This document shows, one piece after another, positions 39,513-53,904 of a stretch of DNA of 64,000 nucleotides (positions are counted from its first letter, which is position 1; each line of letters starts with the position of its first letter). The DNA is taken from the NCBI RefSeq assembly GCF_006345805.1, contig NC_042997.1:174468001-174532000 (forward strand). Reading direction: 5' to 3'. The notes beneath the pieces are model-generated. The model was not told where the DNA came from, ran no database searches, and was given only the letters and a program-made list of their open reading frames with translations. Source of the stretch: Octopus sinensis. Its lineage: Eukaryota. The translations under genes were made by a program, and so were the position numbers.

Positions 39513-39918
39513 ACTCTTTTACTCTTTCACTTGTTTCAGTCATTTGACTGTGGCCATGTTGAAGCACCGCCTTTAGTCGAGCAAATCGACCCCAGGACTT
39601 ATTCTTTGTAAGCCTAGTACTTTTTCTATAGGTCTCTTTGGCCTAACCGCTAAGTTACGGGGGCGTAAACACACCAGCATCGGTTGTCAAACGATGTTGG
39701 GTGAGGACAAACACCGATTCACACACATATACACAAACACATACATATATATATATATACGACGAGCTTCTTTCCATTTCCATCCACCAAATCCACTCAC
39801 AAGGCTTTGGTCGGTCCGAGGCTAAAGTAGAAGACACTTGCCCAAGGTGCCACGCAACTGGACTGAACCCGGAACCATGTGGTGGTTCGTAAGCAAGCTA
39901 CTTACCACACAACCACTC

Positions 39919-39920
<2 letters not shown>
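39513..39920 (-). mobile_element. SINE family A
   Basis: Reverse complement of the family A consensus. Confidence 0.85.
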
Positions 39921-39955
<35 letters not shown>

Positions 39956-40831
39956 ATACGTAACTATATAATATATATAAACACACATAACAATATGATA
40001 TGTGTATGCATACAAATAAATACACATGGGAGCCGGCTTACGCTCGAGAACGATTGTGGCTTGGTAACATAATTTAGCTCTTTTAAGAGCTCCGTAGTCG
40101 CAAGAAAATATAGACACCCCTTCCTACTATTTGGCTCAAAGTCACCGATTTCAGGGCGAGGAGTAAGTGGATTACATCGACCTCCAGTGTTCAGGTGGTA
40201 CTTATTCTATTAACCCGGAAAGGAATGAAAGTCAAAGTCGACGCCGGTGGAATTTGAACTCAGAATGTTAAAACAGACGAAATGCCGTTAAGCGTTTTGC
40301 CGGTCGTAACGATTCTACTCTCTTTGACTCAACTTTTAGTCAGGTGTTGTGTTGCCATATTGTACGTAAGTATATGAACTTTTAAATCTAACATATACAA
40401 TTTAAATGGTTTTCAAGTTTCTGTGATTTTTGAAAGCTTTTAATTTCGTGTTTAATTTTTCTTTTATTTCGTGATTTAAAAAGTAAAAATTCGTTTTATT
40501 ACTTTCTTATACCCTATTTTTCTTTACAGAAATTTCGAATTCAGTAAAAGATGAATTTTAATTTATTAAGCAACCAGACGATAAATTTATATTTAAAAGA
40601 ATGATGAAAACAGATTTAATCTCAATTTGCATACGTAATTTTCTCAATCATAATGACCTCTAGTGATAAAAACAGGCCTCTGATGTCTAAAGCATTGAAT
40701 CCTAAGAATATTTGAAAACATTTTGATGTACAGCGTTGCTCGCTTCAGCGGGCATTTCTATACATATACAGATATTATTATCATACAATAATTTAAGGCG
40801 GCGAGATAGCAGGCTTTGTGCCTTAGTAGAG

Positions 40832-40899
<68 letters not shown>

Positions 40900-40924
40900 T
40901 ATTATTATTATTATTATTATTGAA

Positions 40925-41390
40925 GGTAGCTAGTTGGCTGAATCGTTAGCACGCCGGGCCAAATATTTAGCGGCATTTCGTTCGTGTCTTTACGTTTTGA
41001 GTTCATATTCCGCCGAGGTCGATTTTGCCTTTCATCCTTTCAGGATCGATAAATTAAGTACCAGTTAAATATTGGGGTCGATGCAATCGACTATTCCTCT
41101 TACCCCAAATTTCGGGCCTTGTGCTTATAGTTGAAAGGATTATTATACACTAATTTAAGGCGGAGAGTTAGCAGAATCGTCAACACGCCGGGAAAAATGC
41201 TTAGCGGCTTTACGTTCTGAGTTCCTGTTCCGCCGTGGTCGATTTTGCCTTTTATATTTTCGGGTTCGACTTTGCCTTTTATCCTTTCAGGGTCGATTAA
41301 ATAAATACCAGTGGAGCATTGGGGACGATGTAATCGACCAGCCCCCCCGCCTCTTCAATTTCAGGTATTATGCCTGTAGTAGAAAGGGAC
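40925..41390 (+). mobile_element. Two tandem family B SINEs after an (ATT)n tract
   Basis: Heads at about 40925 and 41158. Confidence 0.75.
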
Positions 41391-41800
41391 ATTATAGAAT
41401 AACTTTTTAAAAAATTAGATCAACATGTTTAAAATAACAAGATTATCTATCTGTCTATCTACATTTAGAATCGCTTTCTTATTTCGTTACTGCGCATATG
41501 TGTAGATTTTGTCTCATGAGCTCTTCGATCCCGCCTTTTTTCTGCGCATAATTGTGGGATAAATTTAGTTACATGCGTAAAGTTCTGCAAAGGTTCAATG
41601 TGAAATTGAGTTGTTATAGGGATAACAAACATTGCTGTTTAGATATTTAGACACAGTAGAAAGCGATTTGATGTGGACGTTTAATACTCTGAAAAAAATC
41701 GACTTAATCCATTTGTCTGTCCTTGTTTGTCCCGTCTGTGTGTAGCCCCAAGTGGGCAGTAACGAAATAAGAAAGCGATTCCAAATGTAGATGGCTAGAC

Positions 41801-41898
<98 letters not shown>

Positions 41899-41908
41899 AA
41901 AAAAACTA

Positions 41909-42150
41909 AGGCGGCGAGCTGACAGAATCGTTAGCACGCTGGGCGAAATGCTTAGCGGTAATTCGTCTGCCGCTACGTTCTGAGTTCAAATTCGCCGAGG
42001 TCGACTTTGCCTTTCATCTTTCGACGTCGATTATATAAGTACCAGTTACGCACGGGGTTCGATATAATCGACTTAATCCGTTTGTCTGTCCTTGTTTGTC
42101 CCCTCTGTGTGTAGCCCCTTGTGAGCAGTAACGAAATAAGAAAGCGATTC
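41909..42150 (+). mobile_element. SINE family B with extended 3' tail
   Basis: Young-looking copy. Its 3' 80-100 bp plus (GATA)n is also present at 41700-41900. Confidence 0.85.
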
Positions 42151-42156
42151 CAAATG

Positions 42157-42241
<85 letters not shown>

Positions 42242-42747
42242 CTGTAAACTCTATACATTACTCAGCAATCAGGAAGCTTTGAGCTGATTATGCTTCTCCG
42301 AGGAGGCGCAATGATGTCGAAATCCTTTTCCAAGTTGCTACCAACGATCACTCTGATGACAATTCCCTTGTATCATTTAGTTTAGTGTATAAATCTACTG
42401 AATTTTGTTCGCATTACGCTTATAATTTCAATTGGTTAAAAAACTTTTGCGGCTCACACTCTCAAATCATATCGTACCATTAAAATATGAAAAAAAATTT
42501 AAAACACTTTAGCTAATGAAGAACTTTACCCGAATAAAAAAAAAACATTAAAAAACAATAAAAGAATGAGTGAGTCATAGTTTTACTTAGTTGGAGTCCA
42601 TTCGGGACTTAACAAAAAGCAACCAGAACAACAACAATAAACTACATTTTTTATATATGAGTTCTATGTTGGCCATAGAGTGTAGAGGCAAAACGTAAGT
42701 TTTCACTGTTGAATTGCTGTCAGCTCTTTAACTTGAAATATACATAT

Positions 42748-42822
<75 letters not shown>

Positions 42823-43434
42823 TGTGTGTTTTATATGATATATACATATAATATAAATATGATGGCATATATATATATATATATATATCATATAATATAT
42901 ATATAATAGAGATAGGGAAGAGGTAGTGGAGGAAGAGGAGGGGTGGACGAGAATAAGGAGAGATGTGAAGGCGACAGTGTTGGTGATAAGTATTGTAATG
43001 GGGAGATGTATGGAAATATATGTGGATGACGGTAAGGAAGGTTAAAAAAGGGGCCAAAAAATAAAGGATGATGTCATAACAAATACAACAATCACGAATA
43101 TATACACATACACACACATATATACATGTATGCATACATATATCTATAAATATAGATATGTATATGCATGCGTGAGAGAAAGGGAGAAAGCACCGTATTG
43201 AATAGATTCGTGGAAGTCTATAGCAGGCATTTCAAATTGCATAAAATTGTATTGGCATTTAGCGGGAGCGTGTTTTCTTATGCCTGTAGTAAAGAATTCC
43301 ATTTGCCCAATGCTGAGATCATTTTTGTGCTTATGGTATATTATAGTATGCAATAAACGAATTCTCCTTAGCTTGGCCCTTGCCGTTTGCTATCTTTTAT
43401 TATGCTTAATAGCAGTCAAGAGATAGATAGATAC

Positions 43435-43479
43435 TATATATCTATATATATAGTATATATATATATATATATTATATAT

Positions 43480-43547
<68 letters not shown>

Positions 43548-44187
43548 TATATATATATATATATTATAATATATATATATATATATAGATATATCTATAT
43601 ATATATATATATATATGAAGAGAGAGGGAGAGAGAGACTGGAGAGGAAAATAGTGATTATAAAAAAGACGGCAAGGTGAAATGGGGGTTATAATGTATGC
43701 ATGCAATTCGAGGTGTGAGTCTGCTGTCCGTAAGAATCCGAAACTGGTCATCTGAGTAGATGACAACTGATGTAACACAAAAACTGCTTTCCGTTCGAAT
43801 TCGTCTTTCCTCTTTTCGTTCTTTCTTGATTTATTTGTTTCCTTCTTTCTTTATGATTTTTTCCTTCTGTTTCTTTCTTTTACTCGTTCATTTATTTATT
43901 TTTTTTCATTTACTTATTCTTATTCTTTAGTGAGTAATATTCTTATTTTTTGTTCATTTTATGCATTCCTTATGCGTATATATTTTTATGTGTACCCCTA
44001 CATCTACCTATCTATATACAGATCTATTTATCTATTTACCTAACTACATATCTATCTATTTTTCTCTCTCCCCTATCTCTCCCACCTCTCTCTCTCCCTC
44101 TCTCCCTCTCCCTCACTGGTTGCATACACGCGTATTTGTGTATGAGTGCGTTTATGTGTATATATTTTGTATATGCCTGCATATATA

Positions 44188-44224
<37 letters not shown>

Positions 44225-44278
44225 TAATATATATATAATATATATATATATACATATATATATATAATATATATTATG

Positions 44279-44309
<31 letters not shown>

Positions 44310-44720
44310 ATAAATTATATATATATATATACATATATATATAATATATATATATTATATTATATTATATATATATATAATATATATATATAATATATAT
44401 TATATATATATATAAGCATTGTAGATTCATATATGCTCATGCACATATCTATATATATATATATTGTATATATGAATATTCATAATATGCATTTATACGT
44501 GTATATATTATATACATTTTTGCATATAAATATATATATATATGTGGTGTGTGGATATAAATATACATATATAGAGAGATAGATAGATATATGTAAATGT
44601 ATGTATGTACAGATATTTATGTAAATGTGTGTGCGTATATACATGCATAGGCACACATATATTTTGTACTTCAATTTTTTGGAAGATATTTCTCATATAT
44701 ATGTATGTATATATATATAT
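43435..44720. repeat. Large (TA)n-dominated microsatellite fields
   Basis: Directly visible at 43435-43617 and 44180-44720. Confidence 0.9.
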
Positions 44721-44819
44721 TGTTTTATATTATCTAATTCTTTTATTATTAATTTATTGTTCACCTCCACACTGACTGCCAAGTCGGTTTTCTAAATCGT
44801 GAATGATGTTTCCGTAGCA

Positions 44820-45117
44820 GAAATAATGATAATGATGATGACGATGATGATGATGATGATGACGACGATGATGATTATGATGATGACGATGATGATGAAG
44901 CTGGTGCTCGTAATGGTTGTGATCATGATCATGATAATCATCATCATCATATTGAGGGGGATGATGATGAACATTACGATGATGATGAATACAGTGGTGA
45001 CGATGATGATGATAATTTTTATTATCATTATTGTTAATAATAATAGTAATAATAATAACAACAACAACAATAATAATAATAGTAATAAAAAATAAAAATA
45101 ATAATAAAAATAATAAC

Positions 45118-45165
<48 letters not shown>
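44820..45165. repeat. Compound trinucleotide repeat (GAT)n/(AAT)n/(AAC)n
   Basis: Directly visible; source of the poly-M, poly-H and poly-I ORFs. Confidence 0.95.
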
Positions 45166-45923
45166 CGTGAGAAGAAGAATGAAAAATAGCAACAAGAAAA
45201 ATCAGCAAAATCTGTTTCCCAAATATGGCAGCTAAAAGATATGAAGAAAAAAGCAGAATAAATACGATAAACATTTTAAAAGAAAAAGAAATCTGCATGG
45301 TGGGGCTGCGGATTATTCCAGTCCGAGATTTTGAAGATTCTATTGAATCTGTTCTTTACCAAATTTCTATAGAATCTAAAGATTCTTCAAGATTTCTTTA
45401 TAGATCTTTTCTCTACTGGCTATAATAGACTTTTCAAAAGAATTATGGGTAAAATATAAAAACGAAAAAATGTAAAAACTAAAATATATAGAATACTGGT
45501 GAGTGAATATAAAAAAAAAAACAAGTTACTAGAACTATATATCGACTTTGTATCATTCTAAATCCATAGAAGTGTAGATATACTTGCAGATAAACTGGTG
45601 AAAGGAAAAGTATTCTAATAAAAGAACTTATATTATTGAAAATCTCACTCGCTGAGATGGAGTTTGTAATGTTATGTTGTCATATAGAAGACTTATATAC
45701 GTTCGACGAAAACGTTGTAAACCATTATGGTTGTAATGTGACATACATTTTTCTAATGAGGAAGTCATAACAATGTAATTATAATGATACAATCATAATA
45801 ATTGAAGTTCTAATAATATAGTAGCAGTAGTAGTAGCACCTGCAGCAGGAGCAGGAGCTGTAGTAGCGCTTGCAACAGGAACCGTAGCAGCAGGTTTGCA
45901 TAGTTTTAATGGAATACAATGCA

Positions 45924-46377
45924 GAAGGCGGGGCACGAACGGAGAGAGGAGCAAGAAAGTTGAACTTTACATTTTTGATTCTTACTATTTTCAGCCTTTG
46001 TGCTCCATGTTGAAATTCTGCCGCAGACGTCTTTAATTTTTGTTACTTACGGAAAGTCTTTCACATTTATACTAGTAATATACTTAAAGAAGGTTAAGCC
46101 AACCCCACTCGCACAAATTTTCTGATCTTCTGCCAAAGTTTAAAAGAAAAGAAGGCGAGGCACGAACGGAGAGAGGAGCAAGAAAATTGAACTCTATATT
46201 TCTGATTCTTACTATTTTCACCCTTTGTGCTCCATGTTGAAATTCTGCCGCAGACGTCTTTAATTTTTGTTACTTACGGAAAGACTTTCAAATTTATACT
46301 AGTAATATACTTAAAGATGGTTAAGCCAACCCCACTCGCACAAATTTTCTGATCTTGTGCCAAACTTTAAAAGAAAA
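45924..46377. repeat. Tandem duplication, 2 x 227 bp, unit partly derived from a decayed family B SINE
   Basis: GAAGGCG(G/A)GGCACGAACGGAGAGAGGAGC at 45924 and 46151. Confidence 0.9.
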
Positions 46378-46934
46378 ATTTGAATGGTGCTTGATTGGAT
46401 AAAGTGATGCAGCATCAGACTTATTTTGTATTGCAATGTATGTCCTCAACGTTCTGGACTATGGAATCCAAGTTACCATTTTCTCCTCTAAAAACCTAAA
46501 GCCAGTCAAGTGTTGGAATCGATGCAATCGAATGCATTTCTCACCTGACAGTTATCATTTTGAATCTATATTTGAAATCATCATCACAATGCGATTATTA
46601 AGGCAGCGAGCTGGTAGAATCTTTAGCGCATCGGGCAAAAAGCTTTTCCGTCTCATTACGTTATGAGTTCAAATCGAGCTGAGGACAACGTTGCCTTTTA
46701 TCCTTACAGAGTCGAGGAAATAAAATACCACTCCAGTACTGGAGTAAATATAATCAACCAAGCACCTTTCCTTACAATTGCTGGTCTTATGTCAAAATTT
46801 GAAATTACCATTATAATGCAAGCATTAGTAAAATTAAAACGTCAAGTAAATAAGCTATCGGGCTTTGTTACGTGTCAGTTCATTTACTCGTTGCTTTTCT
46901 AGAGAACTCAAGGGCGAAGCAGCTCTCATATATA

Positions 46935-47104
46935 CGAAGGGTGCTGAAAAGTTACTAGCTTTTGGTAAAAGAAAACATTGGGGATTAGTTAATTATAAAT
47001 TTTTGCACTAATTACAGCGGTCCTGTAAACGAGCTCGAGAAATTGGGCCGTCAACCAGGCCTTTCCCGATTTCCTTAAAACCAGAAACTTTTCAGCATCC
47101 TTAG
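46935..47104. mobile_element. Mariner-derived MITE
   Basis: TA|CGAAGGGTGCTGAAAAGTT ... AACTTTTCAGCATCCTTAG|TA. Confidence 0.75.
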
Positions 47105-47789
47105 TACAAGCAAACAAAAAGGCCTCTACGTGATCACTGAAACTACTAAAATCAAATGCATATCACATAGTACATACCATCTCAGAATACAAGACGCATT
47201 CAATAACGTAGTCTTTAAACACACACCACCTAATAAAGACCGCGGGATCACAGCAGGCGTGTTAATGGTCGGTCTTCTTGATCAGATCTGACTTGGATTT
47301 GAAAATAATTGCTTTATAAGTGAATCAGAAGAGAAGGCTTTATATGCTCGCAACGCCAGCATAAAATAGAAGTTGAATACTGCTCATATCACAGGTAATG
47401 TGACACGATGTGATCACTGTTGAAACAGGTTTGCTTGACCCAGGATAGTCTCAAGAGAAACTTGATAAAAGTACAATGTAGGTTTTCTCAGCTCGTTTAC
47501 CGCGTATACTGAAGTACAATGCGATCTCGAATTAAATGCAACCTCAGCATTTTGTACAAACACCTCCTTTCACATAGAACATGTACGTACGTATGTACGC
47601 ATGCATGCATATATGTACGTACGTATGTTAGTATGTATGCAGGAATATATAGATAGATGGATAGAGGGATAGATATATATGAATATATATACATGTATAT
47701 TTACATATATGATCCCATACATACATATATACATACATACATACATACACACATACATACATACATACATACATATATACATACATACA

Positions 47790-47820
<31 letters not shown>

Positions 47821-48497
47821 CACCAATGCATTGTAGGCTTATGCACAATAACTATACGGAAGTTTGTTTTGTGTGTATGAATGTGAGTCAGTACATTCAT
47901 ACATATATATAAATATATAAATATATATGTGTGTGTGTGTGTGTACGCGTTCGATTGTGCGTGTATGTGTGTATGTATGTATATATGCATGTATGCATAT
48001 ATGTATATATACATACATAAATATAGCTTAAATGAGCAGTATGGCTTATCAATCTTAGCTCATTGTATATCTGTTTAAAATCAAATCGTGTCTAATTTAT
48101 TTAAATACCACATCATTTATCTCTCTTTACTATTAGAGAGCTGTACACTATTATATATCAATTTAACAAGTATATTCGCAATTATTGGATGTAGCGTTCA
48201 GACAAAATTTTCACGATGGAGAAAGCTTACATGAATTCAAAGAAGCTAAAGATATTCCCAGACATCGGTTGTAAACATGGTAAAAAGTAAATAAACAGAT
48301 GCTTTAAGGCAAACTTAGTTCCGTCTATCTCCATAAAACACGAGCGTATCAGCAATATTTGCACGTATTAATATGTGTGTGTGGGTGCATATATGTATAT
48401 ATATATATATGTAAATTTATATGTATATATATATGTATATACATATATGTATATATATATATGTATATATGTATATATATATATGCATATATATATG

Positions 48498-48542
<45 letters not shown>

Positions 48543-49039
48543 ATATATATGTATATGCATGTGTATGTATGTGTATATATATATATCTATATATTATATA
48601 TAATATTTATATGTATATATACAGGTATATACATATATATATATATATATATACATATGTATACCAAGATATATATGAATTTATATGTATATATATATGT
48701 ATATACATGTATATACATATATATATACATATGTATACCTAGATATATATGAATTTATATATATTTATATATATATATATATATGTATATACATGTACAT
48801 ATATGTAGATATATGTAAATGTATGCGTATATTTTTAATGTGTATAAATAACACGGTAAAAATAAATAGTTACCAGGATAGCAAAGAATTCACATAAGTA
48901 CAAAGGATGTTACAGCCTACTTATAAAGGTAGAAATTCCAGGGTTTGGTGAAAATGTTTTTGTATAACAGTTAAATAAAGAAATGCAGTCAGAACCGGAA
49001 GTAATTTTGCATCAATAAACGGACGTTTTTTTTTCACAT

Positions 49040-49918
49040 AGGTAGTTCTTCATTCCTCCTTCACAGTCCAACCGTTCTCCTCACCGTGGTGCTGGAGGAG
49101 GCAACGGCATATGGTAAGTATGCTGGTTAAACGGCTCTTGCCTGGGGAAAGACCTGGTCACCTACCCCAGTATCTTGTCCAATATACTCTATGGATCAAA
49201 CGTGTAAGAATTCTAATATGATGGTACTAAGCGGTGGGTCCCCCGGGCTGCGAGGTACCACATTGGCTACTGGGGAAGAGCGCAAGGATAATCATAATAG
49301 CAGTGGTATTGATGACGCGGATGGGACAAATCCTTCTGGACACCTGCCTGCTGATGTAGCTAACAGCGAACTGCGCTGCACAAAAGTCACGAAAATTGGA
49401 ACATGGAACGTAAGGGGAATGAACATTGGGAAGTTGGACACCATCAAGAAGGAAATGAATCGGTTAAACATCGATATCCTAGGAGTCAGCGAAGTTCATT
49501 GGACTGGCAATGGTTTCTTCAACTCTGGTGATCATACAATGTACTTTTCGGTCAATATTAAGACCAGACAACATGGTGTGGGATTTGTTCTATACAAGAA
49601 AATAACCATGAGCGATCGAGTGATTACCATTCGCATCAAAGCCAAACCCAACAACATCACATTGCTACAAATGTATGCACCAACTGCCGACGCTGAAGAA
49701 AATGAGATTGAACAATTCTATGCAGAAATTCAGAGCCGCAATCGAGGAAACACCACGAGCAGATGTTGTGTATATTCTGGAAGATTTCAATGCCAAAACT
49801 GGAGAAAGGGCAGAAGCAGACATCGTTGGCAAAGTTGGATTAGGAGAACGGAATGAAGCAGGAGATCGACTGGTCCAATTTTGTCAAGAACAAAACATGC
49901 GGCTAACCAATACTTGGT
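49040..49918 (+). pseudogene. RTE-clade (BovB-like) LINE 5' fragment: 5' UTR plus AP endonuclease domain
   Basis: ORF 49191..49856 reads IGTWNVRGMNIGKLDTIKKEMNRLNIDILGVSEVHWTGNG...QMYAPT. After a frameshift it reads ILEDFNAK..GKVGLGERNEAGDRLVQFCQEQNMRLTNTW. There is a small internal deletion and it is 3' truncated. Confidence 0.92.
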
Positions 49919-50086
49919 TACCGTACCCTCACCCTTTCCTCTGTTGATGCTCCCTCGCTGACTGTATGGATTGTTTATCTGTTGATTTATGTCACACTGT
50001 CCAGCCATCAAATGTGGTATGATTCGCTTTGATCTGCCTAGATCTCTTAAATGGATCCCTACTAATCTACACTAGCACACACACAA

Positions 50087-50128
<42 letters not shown>

Positions 50129-50681
50129 ACACACCACACACACACACACACAAACAAACAAACAAACACACACACACATGTATATAAATATATGCATAAG
50201 TGTGTGTTCGCGCGCGCGTGTGTGTATGCATGTATTTAAGTATGTATATTTACATATGTACATACGCGCACACACACACACACACACACACATACATGAC
50301 TATCGCGCTGGGTACACGGTTTCTTTAGATTCTTTGCTGTTTCATATTGTTTAACAATATATAAAGCATTACTTTTATGTTATCATTTCATACAATAAAT
50401 CAAAAGTTCCATTTATTTATTCGGCTTTATTATAATTCAAAATTTTACTCATAGAAATTTCGAAATCCATCTCAATAACATTATAATAAGTATTAAAACC
50501 TAGAATCATATTGAGTCCGTTGTTTAGCAAATGTTCCTTTATTTTATGCATATGGCAAACGCTCCTTTTCTACAACTTAAGAATTTATTTGTGTGAATTA
50601 TGGTTTTCAAAACACGCACACACACACAAACACACACACGCACGCACACACACACACACAAACACACACACATGTATATAT

Positions 50682-51105
50682 AGGCGCAGACGTGGCTGTG
50701 TGGTAAGAAGCTTCCTTCCCAACCACATGGTTCCAGGTTCAGTCACACTGCGTGGCTGCGTGGGCAAGTGTCTTTTATAATAGCCTCGGGCCGACCTGAG
50801 CCTTCTCAGTGGATTTGGTGGACGGGCACAGAAACAAGCCCGTCGTATGTGTGTGTGTGTATATATATGTATATATATATAGTATATGTATTTGTTTGTT
50901 TGTCTGTGTTTTCTCCAGCTCCACCCCCACCATCGCTTGACAACGAGCATTAACGTGTTTACGTCCCCATTACTTCGCGGTTCGGCACAAGAGACCGATA
51001 GATAAAGTACTAGGTTTACAAAGAATAAGTCCTGGGGTCAATTTGGTCGACTAAAGGCAGTGTTCCAGCATGACTGACGTCAAATGACTGAAAAAATAAA
51101 AGAAT
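50682..51105 (+). mobile_element. SINE family A (older copy)
   Basis: Diverged match to 3267-3691. Confidence 0.85.
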
Positions 51106-51301
51106 ATCGAAAATTTCCTAGCTTTCAGGGTGACACGAAAGGTCTGATCAGACGTCGAAACTCCCCAGTTCTTTTACAGGGTTTGGAATCGCTGAAGGAC
51201 CGTTGCAATAAGTGTATGAATCTGAGAGAGGAATATGATATAAAGCCAGGAAGTTTTCAATGCTTTTCATAAGTATGTGTGTGTATATATATACACACAC
51301 A

Positions 51302-51359
<58 letters not shown>

Positions 51360-51363
<4 letters not shown>

Positions 51364-52071
51364 CGGAATATATAATTCCACATCAGCCTATCGTGTAGTA
51401 GGGTCACGATTATAATATATTTATATATATTTACATAGAAATATACAAAATATATAATAGTAGAAATTAATAATAGTTCAGTTATTGGGATTTCAAGCAA
51501 TAGATATGCGGGTATTCCATTTCAGATAATGCAACACGAAAATGACGAGTATTTATGATGGAAAGTTCGTGGTATTTTTATGCACATCAAGAAATAATAC
51601 TTGAGGATAAAACCAGTACAATAGCAGGGTTAAAAAAAGCTTAATTAGACCTTACTTGAGTTAAAATTATAATTAGAAAGGAAGTACACGTGTTTCTGTA
51701 TTGGAAGATCAGAATATATGTAATCATCAGGATCATTTTCAAAATAGTGTTCAGCTATTTTAAATCACCATAAAAATTAAGCGTTAAATAAAAAATAAAA
51801 AATAAACTTTTACAAAATTAAGAATTAAAAATTATAAAGTTTAAATTATAAATATAAATTAGCACACATATATCAAACGTAGAATGTCAAACATAAAATT
51901 ATATGAATCAAGAGGTCTGTGATTAATTTAAAAAATAAAGATAACTGTTCCACTTGTGATTGAAATCACAATAACTGCACTATATATATGCATATTTATA
52001 TATATATATAATATATATAATATATATATATTATATATATATAATATATATATGATTATTACATATATATA

Positions 52072-52119
<48 letters not shown>

Positions 52120-52455
52120 TATATATATATATATTAGTTTAAGTAACAATAAAGGGTGAAATTAAATTTAATTTGGAATAATTATTAATTACACCAAGTA
52201 GATTCGGCATGTAAAAGCCTCATTCGAGGAAAATTTAAGTATACTAAGCAATTAAGGGTTTAGCAACGAATTGCCTCACCCACACCGAATTTAGAAATAG
52301 CAGTCAAAGAGTTATAGCTATTCTTTCTACTAAAAGGGAGACCTCAGTAAAATAATAGTTCAGTATTGGGATTTCAAGCAATAGATATGCGGGTATTCAA
52401 TTTCAGTAATGCCAACACGAAAATGACGAGTATTTATGATGGAAAGTTCGTGGTA
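51360..52455 (-). mobile_element. Decayed relative of the 596-bp hammerhead unit, partial tandem, in (TA)n
   Basis: 52151-52352 is the reverse complement of about 35480-35682; 51471-51574 is repeated at 52353-52455; a degenerate hammerhead lies at 51680-51735 on the same strand. Confidence 0.7.
51680..51735 (-). ncRNA. Degenerate type I hammerhead
   Basis: CUGAUGA (51730-24) and GAAAC-ACGU-GUA with palindromic ACACGUGU are retained. Stems I and II no longer pair well. Confidence 0.35.
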
Positions 52456-52483
52456 TATATATATATATATATATAATATATAA

Positions 52484-52527
<44 letters not shown>

Positions 52528-52712
52528 TATATATTATATAATATATATATGTATGTCTATATAGCATACATATATTACATATTAGTATGGCGACAACTAT
52601 TATTTCCGGGGAAACGCTGCCGTAATCTCCTTAGAGAGACTTAGTAATTTAATATTTATATAAATATATATAATATATATAGATATATTACTATATATAT
52701 ATATATATATAT

Positions 52713-52878
52713 AGGCGCAGGAGTGGCTGTGTGGCAAGTAGCTTGCTAACCACCACATGGTTTCGGGTTCAGCCCACTGTGTGGCATCTGGGCAAGTGTC
52801 TTCTGTATGCCCCGGGCCGACCATGCCTTGTGAGTGGATTTGGTAGACGGAAACTGAAAGAAGCCTGTCGTATATATG

Positions 52879-52911
<33 letters not shown>

Positions 52912-53120
52912 GTTTGTGTGTCTGTGTTTGTCCCCCCTAGCATTGCTTGACAAAACGTGCTGGTGTGTTTACGTCCCCGTCACTTAGCGGTTCGGCAAAA
53001 GAGACCGATAGAATAAGTATGGGCTACAAAGAATAAGTCCCGGGGTCGATTTGCTCGACTAAAAGGCGGTGCTCCAGCATGGCCGCAGTCAAATGATGAA
53101 ACAAGTAAAGAGTAAAAGAG
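52713..53120 (+). mobile_element. SINE family A, full length
   Basis: Near-identical to 33938-34352. Confidence 0.9.
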
Positions 53121-53328
53121 TATATATATTATATAATATATATATATAGATAGATAATATACATATATAATATACATATTAGATAGATATATACATATAT
53201 ACATACATATATGCATATATATATACAGGCATATATACATATATATATATATATATACATATATACACATACATATACTCACATATATATATACATATAT
53301 GTATGCATATATATATAGAGAGAGAGAG

Positions 53329-53369
<41 letters not shown>

Positions 53370-53904
53370 TACTAGCTGGAATACCCGGTAATTCCCAAGA
53401 AAGCGAGGCTTATCCCTTGGTTCCGTTCTCATACTTGTTTCACTAATCCAATAACATCAATACAAATTATGTAGCCCTTAAAACAGTTTTTGTGTATATA
53501 CAGAGAAGACCGAACTGTCTTACACAGGATCCTGTTTTTAGGAATTCCTAATAAGTTATGAATACCCAAATTGTGAAGTCAATTATGTAATAACAGGAAA
53601 TGTGTTACCCGATAGGACGAAATCAAATAAAGTAGCCACGAAAAGGACTTTAATGCGTTCCCAGAGTACATACAACATAGGAAGAAATACTAATAGCGTA
53701 TGTATACTAAAATTATGAAGCATGTTACGTAATAACAGGCTAATCAGATATGAGATAACAATTCAAAGTAAATAACTCTGAGAAGGGCTTTTCTGTTTCC
53801 CAGAGAATATTACCCTCAGAGGCGCTAGTGTTGGTAGATTCGTTAATAAGTCACTAACCGAAATAAGTGGATGTATTGTTTAGGAAAATACTATTTACTT
53901 GTTT

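Noticed and set aside
43735-43790. Type II hammerhead-like arrangement GAAAC-TG-GTC-hairpin-CTGATGT
   Set aside because: There are five extra nucleotides before the core, an A9U change and no stem II.
49040-49145. HDV-like ribozyme in the BovB-like 5' UTR
   Set aside because: Hairpins are present (CCGUU-CUCCUC/GAGGAG-AACGG; GCAUA/UAUGC), but no consistent P1/P3/L3 or catalytic J4/2 cytosine could be assigned.
53372-53400. Helitron 3' end on the minus strand (..ACCGGGTATTCCAGCTAG|T)
   Set aside because: Only the terminus resembles a Helitron, and no matching 5' end could be placed.
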